Shown here: one piece after another, positions 18,314 through 26,874 of the stretch
How positions within the stretch are numbered: the stretch's first letter is position 1
How the letters are laid out: each line of letters begins with the position of its first letter
Source of the DNA: Vicinamibacteria bacterium
GTDB taxonomy: Bacteria; Acidobacteriota; Vicinamibacteria; Vicinamibacterales; CAVVIG01
Direction of reading: 5' to 3'
Assembly: GCA_041485905.1 (NCBI GenBank)
Contig: JBGPKK010000004.1
Coordinates: 1,525-65,524, forward strand
Length of the DNA: 64,000 nt
Translations under genes and position numbers: made by a program
The notes under the pieces: generated by a model
What the model was told of the DNA's origin: nothing
The model's input: the letters and a program-made list of their open reading frames with translations, nothing else
Databases searched by the model: none

Positions 18314-19180
18314 TCAGGATGTGGAGAGACAGAACCGCGCGGCGTGCAGCCAGCAGGTCGGCGATTCGTCGTGCGCATCGCGGCGCAGACGCTTGATCGT
18401 CGGGAACGGGCCACGTCTGAACGCCTGTCCCAGCCGATCGTTCATCTCAGGATCGCGAACACCCTCCGCCGAGTAGATCGCCACCATCGCGACCGTGCGG
18501 GCGTCGAAATGGTCGCCATTCCGGGTCAACAGGACCACGAACCCTTTGCCAATGGAGCCCATCGCGGGCATCGTGCACGTCAGCGGCAGAATCATCCGTC
18601 CGCTGGCGGCGAGGGCGTCGAGCCAGGTGTCCTCGGGATGCGTCACCCCGGCGTTGACGAGGATCGCATCGAACTCCTCGTCGAGGCGCTTGGACGCGTT
18701 GCCGTGCCGCGTGTCGACCCACGACATCGACGCGAGGTTCTGACGTGCTTCGGTTGCAAGCGTCTCGTCCACCTCGAACGCGACGACGCGCCCGGCCGGA
18801 CCGACGCACTGCGCCATGATCGCCGTGTAGTAACCCAGCCCGCAGCCGACGTGCAGGACTCGCGCACCCGGCACGAGACCGAGCGCGTCAATCCAGACGC
18901 CGAGCGTCCCGGGCTGGCCGTTGAACAGGTGACGCGCCGGATCGATCGCAATCGCGATGTTGTGATACACGCGCGCCGCGTCTGCATCGGCCGTAGGGCG
19001 AGTCTGCATGCCCCAGCCGGCCATGACATCGACGTCCGTCAGCACGGTCCAGGGGCCCGGCCGCAGGAACTGTTCGCGTGGCACCGTCGCGAACGCATCG
19101 ACGAGCACCGACGACCGCAGTTTGCAGACCGCTTCCAGTTCTTCCGCAAAAAACCGCCGCCGGTCTGCCAGGCCGATCAC
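18314..19180 (-). CDS. Protein-L-isoaspartate O-methyltransferase (PCMT)-like methyltransferase
   Basis: VLHVGCGLGYYTA SAM motif I and VVAFEVD motif II. I place the start at GTG 19180, overlapping the upstream stop (GTGA). The upstream part of track ORF 18314..19495 is shadow sequence. Confidence 0.7.
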   Translation of the reverse strand: MIGLADRRRFFAEELEAVCKLRSSVLVDAFATVPREQFLRPGPWTVLTDVDVMAGWGMQTRPTADADAARVYHNIAIAIDPARHLFNGQPGTLGVWIDALGLVPGARVLHVGCGLGYYTAIMAQCVGPAGRVVAFEVDETLATEARQNLASMSWVDTRHGNASKRLDEEFDAILVNAGVTHPEDTWLDALAASGRMILPLTCTMPAMGSIGKGFVVLLTRNGDHFDARTVAMVAIYSAEGVRDPEMNDRLGQAFRRGPFPTIKRLRRDAHDESPTCWLHAARFCLSTS

Positions 19181-19626
19181 TTCTTCCTCCGTTTCGTCGA
19201 TTTCGACGCGACGGGGATCAGCGCCGACATCTTCACGGCGACCGCGCGAACCGGCCGCCATTCGCAGGCAAACTTGCCGCCCGGCCTCTCGACGAAGAGG
19301 ATTTCGCCTCCCTCGTTCAGTCGTTTGAGCACGGTGTGAATGGCGGCCAGGCTGTTGGAGTACTTCGACAGGTCGAAGCCGATCGCCTCGAGCCGATCGC
19401 GCACCTCCAGCGGGGTCATCGGGTAGCCTGCCCCTTTCAGGACGACACGGCAGGCATCGGTGAGGCCCCAGTAGACGGTCGGCACGAAGCCGCACAGCCG
19501 ATTGAGCGTGCCGATCGTCTGCTCGAGCTGCGCCAGCCGCTCGTCGATCTCCTTACGCTGGCGTCCGAGCTCTTCGTATTCGTGGACGGCCGCATCGAGG
19601 GCGCTCTTGTACTGGTCGATGGCCAT
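19177..19626 (-). CDS. Hypothetical coiled-coil plus winged-helix-like small protein
   Basis: MAIDQYKSALDAAVHEYEELGRQRKEIDERLAQLEQ (coiled coil), then YPMTPLEVRDRLEAIGFDLSKYSNSLAAIHTVLKRL (wHTH-like), then a basic tail KSTKRRKK. It is translationally coupled to the PCMT-like gene. Confidence 0.55.
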   Translation of the reverse strand: MAIDQYKSALDAAVHEYEELGRQRKEIDERLAQLEQTIGTLNRLCGFVPTVYWGLTDACRVVLKGAGYPMTPLEVRDRLEAIGFDLSKYSNSLAAIHTVLKRLNEGGEILFVERPGGKFACEWRPVRAVAVKMSALIPVASKSTKRRKK

Positions 19627-19630
19627 GGCA

Positions 19631-19655
19631 CGATTTATACATAATGTATAAATCG
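19631..19655. promoter_or_regulatory. 25-bp perfect AT-rich palindrome (probable operator)
   Basis: CGATTTATACAT A ATGTATAAATCG, with 12-nt perfect arms. It ends 5 nt upstream of the ATG at 19626, within the divergent spacer to the efflux operon. Confidence 0.5.
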
Positions 19656-19801
19656 ATGTCAACTACCGCTGGAATGGTCGTGCGAACGTAGTACGCTAGC
19701 AACGCAACCTCGATGGCGGTTGCGCCGCCTGGGAACGACGCGACGTAGGCTCACCACTTCGCCCTGTCTCGTCGACGTGTCAGGCGAGAAAGGGACGCGA
19801 C

Positions 19802-21202
19802 GTGAGAGCCGTACCCCCGGTCCTGTTTCTGGTGCTCCTGTTCGGTCACGGTATGGCGACACCCGCCGCGCAGACCCAGGGACCACCGCCGATCAGTCCT
19901 TTTCTTGGCGGGGTACCGTCCGGGCAACCGACATCGGAGCCGCTCTCCCTGTCGATCGCCGACGCGCTCCGCCGCGCCTTCGAGCACAACCTCGGCGTAC
20001 TCCTCTCCGGCGACGGCGTCGATCGCGCGCGCGGCGCGAGATTACGCGCGCTGGCCGACCTGTTGCCCAACGTCACCGGACGGCTGTCCGAAACGCGCCA
20101 GCAGTTGAACCTCGCGGCCTACGGCTTTCCGCTCCCGTCCGGCATCCCCAGCATCGTCGGGCCGTTCAATTTGTTCGACGCGCGCGTGTACGTTTCGCAG
20201 TCGGTGCTGGATTTCAAGGCGCTCAACGAGGCGCGCGCCGAGGGGCACCACATCGCTGCCGCCCGTTACGACTACAAGAACGCGCGCGATCTCGTTGTGC
20301 TCGTCACCGTTAACGCCTACGCGCAGGCGCTCGCCGCGTCGGCGCGCGTCGACGTCACACGGGCGCAGGTCGACACCGCGCAGGCCCTCTATACCCAGGC
20401 GGTCGACCTCAAACAAAGCGGCCTGATTGCCGGCATCGATGTGCTGCGCGCCGAGGTGCAGCTTGGCACCGATCGCCAGCGGGTGACGGCCGCGCAGGCC
20501 ACGTTCGAGAAGGACAAGCTCCAGCTCGCGCGGCTGATCGGACTGCCTCTCGGCCAGGCGTTCACGTTGACCGATCAGATCTCGTCGGCGCCGATTCCCG
20601 AGATGACGCTCGAACAGGCGCTCGACCGCGCTTACAAGACCCGCGGAGACTATCAGGCGGCGCTCGAACGGGTGCGCGCCGCGGAAGCGACGCGCCAGGC
20701 GGCCGTCTCCGAAGCGCTCCCCGCCGTCCGCGTGAACGCCAACTACGGCGAGCTGGGCCATTCACCGGCCGAAGCGCACGGCACCTTTATGATTGCCGGC
20801 GCCGTCGAGGTGCCGATCTTTCAAGGTGGAAAAACCCGAGGCCGTGTGATGGAGGCCGACGCCGATCTGCGCAGCAGGCGCGAGGACGCCGACGATCTGA
20901 AGGCGTCTATCTATTATGAAATCCGCGCGGCGATGCTCGATTTGCAGGCCGGCAACGAACAAATGCGGGTCGCCGCGCGGGGCCGCGAGCTCGCCGCCAG
21001 AGAGTTGACCCAGGCGCGCGATCGGTTCGCCGCCGGCATCGCGGGTAACATCGAAGTCGTGCAGGCGCAAAGCGCCGGCACCCTCGCCAACGATCAGTAC
21101 ATTGCGGCGCTGTACGCCACCAATCTCGCGAAAGGCGGCCTCGTGCACGCGGTCGGCATCGCGGAAGAAACGGCACGCCAGGTGTTCGAAGGCCTCCGCT
21201 GA
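19802..21202 (+). CDS. TolC-family outer membrane efflux protein
   Basis: Signal peptide. LSLSIADALRRAFEHNL start typical of OMF proteins. Two coiled-coil repeat halves. Confidence 0.85.
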   Translation: MRAVPPVLFLVLLFGHGMATPAAQTQGPPPISPFLGGVPSGQPTSEPLSLSIADALRRAFEHNLGVLLSGDGVDRARGARLRALADLLPNVTGRLSETRQQLNLAAYGFPLPSGIPSIVGPFNLFDARVYVSQSVLDFKALNEARAEGHHIAAARYDYKNARDLVVLVTVNAYAQALAASARVDVTRAQVDTAQALYTQAVDLKQSGLIAGIDVLRAEVQLGTDRQRVTAAQATFEKDKLQLARLIGLPLGQAFTLTDQISSAPIPEMTLEQALDRAYKTRGDYQAALERVRAAEATRQAAVSEALPAVRVNANYGELGHSPAEAHGTFMIAGAVEVPIFQGGKTRGRVMEADADLRSRREDADDLKASIYYEIRAAMLDLQAGNEQMRVAARGRELAARELTQARDRFAAGIAGNIEVVQAQSAGTLANDQYIAALYATNLAKGGLVHAVGIAEETARQVFEGLR

Positions 21203-22437
21203 TGGCCGATCAACCAGAAACGGTGCCCTTCACCCGCCAACGCGGGTTCCGTATCGCCGTCGGTCTCCTGATCATCGGGCTCGTCGGCGTCGGCGCGTGG
21301 GTATGGCTGACAGCCGCGCGCGAGTCGACCGACGATGCGCAGGTCGAGGCACACGTGACGCCGATTGCGGCACGGGTCGGTGGAACGGTGTTGCGGGTGC
21401 CGGTCAGCGACAACCGGCAGGTCGAGGCCGGCACCGTCCTCGTCGAGCTCGATCCGCGGGATTACCAGGTCGCGGTGTCGAAAGCGCGGGCGGAGCTGGC
21501 CGATGCCGAAGCGGCGGCGCTCGCGGCCCGGAGCAACGTGCCGATTACATCGACCACATCCGCCAGCAACGTTACGACCGCGCATGGCGCCCTCGCGCAG
21601 GCGCGCGGCAGCATCGACGAGGCGGAAAAGGAAGTCGAGGCGGCACGCGCTCGGCTCGTCTCGGCGCAGGCGCGCCAGCGGGAGGCCGAGGCCAACGCCG
21701 CCAAGGCGGCGCGCGACGTCGAGCGGCTTCGTAGTCTGCTCGCCAAGGACGAAGTCGCGCAGCAGCAATTCGACGCAGCCGTGGCGACCGCCGATGCGCA
21801 GCGCGCGGCGGCCGACTCCGCCAAGTCGCAGGCGGCAGAGGCAGACGCCGGTATCCGCGTCGCCGAGAGCCGGCTGGTGCAGGCGCAGGCCGGCGAGCAG
21901 CAGGCGCGCGCCGGTTTGGCATCGGCGCAGACGGCGCCCGAACAGGTGGCCGGCATGCGCGCGCGCGCCCAAGCGGCCCAGGCGCATGCAGAGCAGGCGA
22001 AGGCCGCGCTCGAACAGGCCGAGCTCAACCTGCAGTACACCGCCCTCAAGGCGCCGATGCGCGGCGTCGTCAGCCGCAAGAGCGCGGAGGTCGGACAGGT
22101 CGTTCAGCCGGGCCAGCCGTTGATGGCAATCATTCCTCTCGACACCGTGTGGGTCACGGCGAACTTCAAGGAAACGCAGCTTCGAGACATGCGTCCCGGA
22201 CAATCCGTCACGATCAAAGTGGACGCGTACGGCGGGCGCGACTTCAAAGGCAAGGTCGACAGCATCGCCGCCGCCACCGGTGCGCGGTTCAGCCTGCTGC
22301 CGCCCGAGAACGCCACCGGCAACTACGTCAAGGTCGTGCAGCGGGTGCCGGTGAAGATCGTGCTCGAAGCCGGCCAGGATCCGGAACGTCTGCTGCGGCC
22401 CGGCATGTCGGTGGTGCCGACGGTCTATACGAAATAG
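21202..22437 (+). CDS. HlyD/EmrA-family periplasmic adaptor
   Basis: TM anchor, then STDDAQVEAHVTPIAARVGGTV...VELDPRDYQ, a long Ala-rich coiled coil, and NYVKVVQRVPVKI at the C-terminus. Confidence 0.9.
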   Translation: MADQPETVPFTRQRGFRIAVGLLIIGLVGVGAWVWLTAARESTDDAQVEAHVTPIAARVGGTVLRVPVSDNRQVEAGTVLVELDPRDYQVAVSKARAELADAEAAALAARSNVPITSTTSASNVTTAHGALAQARGSIDEAEKEVEAARARLVSAQARQREAEANAAKAARDVERLRSLLAKDEVAQQQFDAAVATADAQRAAADSAKSQAAEADAGIRVAESRLVQAQAGEQQARAGLASAQTAPEQVAGMRARAQAAQAHAEQAKAALEQAELNLQYTALKAPMRGVVSRKSAEVGQVVQPGQPLMAIIPLDTVWVTANFKETQLRDMRPGQSVTIKVDAYGGRDFKGKVDSIAAATGARFSLLPPENATGNYVKVVQRVPVKIVLEAGQDPERLLRPGMSVVPTVYTK

Positions 22438-22442
22438 CAAAA

Positions 22443-23975
22443 TTGACCGAGCCGCACCGCCACGTCAACCCGTGGATCATCGCGATCGCCGTGATGTTCG
22501 CGACCTTCATGGAGGTCCTCGACACGACGGTGGTCAACGTGTCGCTCCCTCACATCGCGGGCAATCTGTCGGCGAGCATCGACGAGGCGACGTGGGCGCT
22601 GACGTCGTATCTGGTAGCCAACGCGATCATCCTGCCCATGACCGGGTGGCTGGCGAGCGTGTTCGGGCGCAAGCGCCTGCTGATGGCGTCGGTGGCCGGT
22701 TTCACGGTGTCGTCATTCCTGTGCGGCCTTGCGCCGAATCTGACGATGCTGATCGTGTTCCGCTGCCTGCAGGGCGCCACCGGCGGCGCGATGCAGCCGC
22801 TGTCGCAGGCGGTCCTCCTCGAAGCGTTTCCCCCCACGGATCGCGGCAAGGCGATGGGCTTCTGGGGCCTTGGCATCGTGGTGGCGCCCATTCTGGGACC
22901 GGTGCTCGGCGGATGGCTGACCGACAGCTACAGCTGGCGCTGGGTCTTCTACATCAACATTCCCGTCGGCATCACGTCGCTCATCATGACGCGGCTCTTC
23001 ATCTTCGATCCGCCGTACATCCGGCAGGAAAAACGGCGCATCGATTACTGGGGCATCGGGATGCTCGCCGTCGGCATCGGCGCGCTGCAGATCGTGCTCG
23101 ACAAGGGACAGGAAGAAGATTGGTTCTCCTCGAACATGATCACGACGCTCGCCGTGCTGAGCGCGGTGACGATCGTCGTGTTCATCGTCCATCAACTGCG
23201 GACCGACGATCCCGTCGTCGATCTGCGCGCGTTCAAGGCGCGCAGCTTCGCCGTGGGCGTGTTCCTGATGACCGTCGTTGGCTTCGTCATGTACGGGAGC
23301 ATGGTACTGCTGCCCATCATGCTCCAGACACTGCTCGCCTATCCGCCGATGCAGGCGGGGATCGCGATGGCACCGCGCGGCATCGGGTCGTTCTTCATGA
23401 TGCCGATCACCGGGCTGATGACCGGCCGATTCGATCCGCGGAAGCTGCTGACCTTGGGGTTGCTGGTGGGCGGTGGCACGCTGCTCTGGCTGTCCCGACT
23501 CAGTCTCCAGGCGGGCTACTGGGACATCTTCTGGCCGCAGTTGATTCAAGGCGCCGGGATGTCGCTGCTCTTCGTGCCGCTGACGACGGTGGCGATGGAT
23601 CCGATCCCGCGCGAGAAGATGGGCAACGCGACGAGTCTGTTCAACCTAATGCGCAACATCGGCGGCAGCATCGGCATCGCCACGACCGGCACGCTGCTCG
23701 TGCGGCGGCAGCAGGCGGTCACGACGCTGCTCGGATCGCACGTCACCGCCTACGACGCCGCGTCGAGGGCCATGTTCGAGCAGGCGCGCGCGGGATTCAT
23801 CGCGGCCGGCGCCGACCCTGTGACCGCCACCAATCGCACGTACGGCGCGCTGTTCGGCATGGTGATGCGGCAGGCGTCGATGGTGTCGTTCGTCAGCATC
23901 TTCCAGATGCTGGGCGTGCTGTTTCTGCTCCTCATCCCGCTCGTGCTGATCATGAAGCGGCCGAGATCACGGTAA
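22443..23975 (+). CDS. DHA2 (EmrB/QacA) family MFS efflux transporter
   Basis: NPWIIAIAVMFATFMEVLDTTVVNVSLPHIAG is the signature N-terminus. The only in-frame start that retains TM1 is TTG at 22443. The upstream part of track ORF 22149.. overlaps the adaptor gene. Confidence 0.85.
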   Translation: MTEPHRHVNPWIIAIAVMFATFMEVLDTTVVNVSLPHIAGNLSASIDEATWALTSYLVANAIILPMTGWLASVFGRKRLLMASVAGFTVSSFLCGLAPNLTMLIVFRCLQGATGGAMQPLSQAVLLEAFPPTDRGKAMGFWGLGIVVAPILGPVLGGWLTDSYSWRWVFYINIPVGITSLIMTRLFIFDPPYIRQEKRRIDYWGIGMLAVGIGALQIVLDKGQEEDWFSSNMITTLAVLSAVTIVVFIVHQLRTDDPVVDLRAFKARSFAVGVFLMTVVGFVMYGSMVLLPIMLQTLLAYPPMQAGIAMAPRGIGSFFMMPITGLMTGRFDPRKLLTLGLLVGGGTLLWLSRLSLQAGYWDIFWPQLIQGAGMSLLFVPLTTVAMDPIPREKMGNATSLFNLMRNIGGSIGIATTGTLLVRRQQAVTTLLGSHVTAYDAASRAMFEQARAGFIAAGADPVTATNRTYGALFGMVMRQASMVSFVSIFQMLGVLFLLLIPLVLIMKRPRSR

Positions 23976-23984
23976 ACTGCTGCC

Positions 23985-25112
23985 GTGAGAATGTGGGGTG
24001 TCGTTCTTCTGATGGTGATGGCGCCGGGGTTCCCGCCTTCGCTTCGCTTCGGCGAGGCTCGCCGCAGCGCAGAGGGCGGAGGCGGCAGCCCTGCGGCGAG
24101 GGCGGCACAGGAACCGGCGCGTCCATCGTTCTCAGAGTTCCTCGCCGGCGTCCGCACCGAAGCACTCGCGCGCGGCATCCGACCGGAGATCGTCGACCAG
24201 GCGCTCTCGAACATCGACCAGCCGCTGCCCGTCGTCATCGAGCGCGATCGCGCGCAGGCCGAAACGGTGTTCTCGCTGGAGAAGTACGTGGCGCGGCGCC
24301 TGACCCCGAAGCTGGTCAGAGCGGCGCGCGAGGGGCTTGCCACACACCGGATGCTGCTCGACCAGATCAGCGCGCGCTACGGCGTGCCGTCTCAGATTCT
24401 CGTGTCCGTCTGGGGAATCGAATCGAACTTCGGCCGCTTCAGCGGTGTCCGGCCGACGATCGCCGCGCTCGCCACGCTCGCGTGGGACACGCGGAGGGCT
24501 GCATTCTTCCGCGCAGAGCTCTTCGCCGCGCTCGACATCCTCAATCACGGCGACATCAACGTGTGGAACATGCGCGGCTCGTGGGCGGGCGCGATGGGGC
24601 AGGCTCAGTTCATGCCCTCAAGCTACCTGAAATTCGCGCAGGACTTCGACGGCGACGGACGGCGGGACATCTGGTCGTCGCGGGCTGACATCTTCGCATC
24701 CATCGCCAATTATCTCGAGGGGCACGGGTGGACGGCCGGCCAGAGCTGGGGCCGCGAGGTTCGCCTGTCGAAAGAAGACGCACGGAAAGCGGCGGCAACC
24801 GTCGCGCGGCGCGCCGGCACGTGCCAGGCCACGCGCGACATGACCGTGGCGCTGCCCATCAGTGAATGGGAACAGCTGGGAGTGCGGCTGCCCAATGGCG
24901 CCGCGCTGCCGGCGACCCCTGCTGACGCCGCGCTGGTGTCCGGGGCGACGCGGCACTTTCTCGTTTATCACAATTACGACGCAATCATCGAATACAACTG
25001 CTCTCATTCGTACGCCATCAGCGTGGGTCTGCTTGGCGATCAGATCGCGTCCGATGCGCCGCCGCCACCGTCCGCGCCCAAGCCAAGAAGATCTCGGACG
25101 AGGAAGCGGTAG
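23985..25112 (+). CDS. mltB: Lytic murein transglycosylase, MltB family
   Basis: VWGIESNFG (catalytic Glu), GAMGQAQFMPSS, DFDGDGRRDIW motifs. Confidence 0.85.
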   Translation: MRMWGVVLLMVMAPGFPPSLRFGEARRSAEGGGGSPAARAAQEPARPSFSEFLAGVRTEALARGIRPEIVDQALSNIDQPLPVVIERDRAQAETVFSLEKYVARRLTPKLVRAAREGLATHRMLLDQISARYGVPSQILVSVWGIESNFGRFSGVRPTIAALATLAWDTRRAAFFRAELFAALDILNHGDINVWNMRGSWAGAMGQAQFMPSSYLKFAQDFDGDGRRDIWSSRADIFASIANYLEGHGWTAGQSWGREVRLSKEDARKAAATVARRAGTCQATRDMTVALPISEWEQLGVRLPNGAALPATPADAALVSGATRHFLVYHNYDAIIEYNCSHSYAISVGLLGDQIASDAPPPPSAPKPRRSRTRKR

Positions 25113-25226
25113 CGCACCCCCGACGGCCAGCGCTTTCTCGTCAACACGCTTCTTGACGAAGTGTCGTCGGAGCCCTTGGCTGGACGGCTGGGCTTCGCCA
25201 GTAACACCTTCCGAAGTCGGTCGTGC

Positions 25227-25955
25227 CTAGAGCGCGCTCTGCCAGACCGCGCGTCCGACGAAGAACGGCCCCAGCCGCTCCAGATACAATGCCGTCTGCT
25301 GTGTCTTCCTCATGGTTTGCACGATAGCGGAGAGCGGATACAGGTCCTTGGCGATGAGGCCGACGACGAAGTCGTTGTCATTTTTGTCGAGACCGTGGCA
25401 GGCGAGGCGAACGTCGTGGGCGAGATCGGCCGCGCCGAACGACATGCCGATGGTCCCGTGTTCGGCGAGAATCACGCGCTGCTCGTCGGGCGGCAGCTGT
25501 GTGAACCGTCCGCTCCGACGCAGCGGATACCACACGCCCCATCGCCACGCCGGATTGAGCACCGTTCGCACGGGGCGATGCAGCAGCACGTCGATGAGAT
25601 CGGGCTCGTACCCGAGCGAGTACGTGCGTCCCACCATCGTGTACTCCGGCTTCTGCGCGAGCGACGCGAACGGCGACTGGGTCAGGAGCGGACGGACGCG
25701 ATCGAGAAAGAAGCCGGGGTCCTCGCCGAACGTCAGGAGCCCGACGCCGCGCGGGTCGTTCATGTCTTCATACAGGACGCCGGGCAATCCCGCGTTCTTC
25801 AGCGCCCCGACGAGCGCCGCCGAGTCGGCGCAGCCGCCGAACACCAGCAGCTGCATGAACAGCCGCGTGTCAGCGCGCTGCGGCAGCCCGGCTTTCATCC
25901 CGCCTTTTTCGCTGATGTCCGGAGGCTCAGGGCCGCGCCGCGTCTCGGTTGACAT
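25227..25955 (-). CDS. Chlorite dismutase family protein (HemQ/coproheme decarboxylase-like)
   Basis: Met 26 of ORF 25227..26030. Segments such as LTFGEDPGFF, WYPLRRSG, EHGTIG are typical of the Cld/HemQ fold. Confidence 0.7.
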   Translation of the reverse strand: MSTETRRGPEPPDISEKGGMKAGLPQRADTRLFMQLLVFGGCADSAALVGALKNAGLPGVLYEDMNDPRGVGLLTFGEDPGFFLDRVRPLLTQSPFASLAQKPEYTMVGRTYSLGYEPDLIDVLLHRPVRTVLNPAWRWGVWYPLRRSGRFTQLPPDEQRVILAEHGTIGMSFGAADLAHDVRLACHGLDKNDNDFVVGLIAKDLYPLSAIVQTMRKTQQTALYLERLGPFFVGRAVWQSAL

Positions 25956-25963
25956 GCGTTGAG

Positions 25964-25969
25964 TATAAT
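25964..25969 (+). promoter_or_regulatory. Perfect TATAAT -10 hexamer 12 nt upstream of the GNAT ATG
   Basis: Read directly (gagTATAATccgcgcacttcaATG). It implies a very short leader or a leaderless transcript. Confidence 0.4.
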
Positions 25970-25981
25970 CCGCGCACTTCA

Positions 25982-26449
25982 ATGCCGGCCTATCACGTTC
26001 GTCCCGCGACCATCGACGACGTCGACGCACTCGTCCACCACCGCGTCGCCATGTTCACGGACATGGGTACGACGATCGACGTCGATACGGTCGAACGCGC
26101 CTTCCGCCGCTGGCTCGCCGAGATCATGCCCGCGGGCACATACCGCGCGTGGGTCGTCGAAACCGACCGCCACGAGATTATCGGGGGCGGAGGGATCACG
26201 ATCCTTCCGTGGCCGCCCGGACCGCAGTTTCTCGGCGGGCGGATCGCGTTCGTGTACAACGTCTACACCGAGCCCTCGCATCGGTCTCGCGGAGTCGGGC
26301 GTACGATCATGGACACGATTCATTCGTGGTGCCGCGAGAACGGCATCGGCGTCGTCGGGCTGACGACGAGCGAGGCCGGCCGGCCGCTCTACGAGTCGAT
26401 GGGCTATCAGCCGGCGCAGGCGCCGACGATGTTCGCCGGCCTGGACTAG
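25982..26449 (+). CDS. GNAT family N-acetyltransferase
   Basis: Acetyl-CoA motif A RSRGVGRTIM; length about 155 aa. The start is Met 12 of ORF 25949..26449. Confidence 0.8.
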   Translation: MPAYHVRPATIDDVDALVHHRVAMFTDMGTTIDVDTVERAFRRWLAEIMPAGTYRAWVVETDRHEIIGGGGITILPWPPGPQFLGGRIAFVYNVYTEPSHRSRGVGRTIMDTIHSWCRENGIGVVGLTTSEAGRPLYESMGYQPAQAPTMFAGLD

Positions 26450-26499
26450 CGAAACGCGGCAATTTTGGATAGGATCTCGTTCCCGGAGACTAATTAACG

Positions 26500-26874
26500 A
26501 TGCCATTCATCATCACTGACCCCTGCATTGAAACGAAAGATTCCGCCTGCGTCGACGTCTGCCCGGTGGACTGCATCCACCCGCGCAAGGACGAGCCCGA
26601 ATTTGCGGCCATCACGATGCTCTACATCCATCCGGAGGAGTGCATCGACTGCGGCGCGTGCGTGCCGGCGTGCCCGGTCGCCGCGATCTACGAGAGCATC
26701 GACGCGACGCCGGCAAATCAGAAGGATCTCATCGAGGCGAACGCGATTTATCGCAACGGCGATGCCGATCTCATGGCCAAGGCCGAAGAGATCGTCAAGG
26801 CCCACGTCGCCTCGCACGCGGAACTGATGGCCATCCCGGCCGCGGAGCGCGCGGCGGCCCACGCCAGCCACTGA
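26500..26874 (+). CDS. Ferredoxin (7Fe/2x[4Fe-4S]-type)
   Basis: CVDVCPVDC and CIDCGACVPACP cysteine clusters. Confidence 0.85.
   Translation: MPFIITDPCIETKDSACVDVCPVDCIHPRKDEPEFAAITMLYIHPEECIDCGACVPACPVAAIYESIDATPANQKDLIEANAIYRNGDADLMAKAEEIVKAHVASHAELMAIPAAERAAAHASH

Noticed and set aside
22472-24688. 738-aa + strand ORF overlapping the MFS transporter and MltB genes
   Set aside because: It is an out-of-frame overlap of two genes with strong signatures. The translated sequence is Arg/Gly/Asp/His-rich junk.
25949-25969. TTGACA ... TATAAT as a complete sigma-70 promoter
   Set aside because: The two hexamers are separated by only 9 nt, far from the 16-18 nt optimum. I keep only the -10 hexamer as a candidate.
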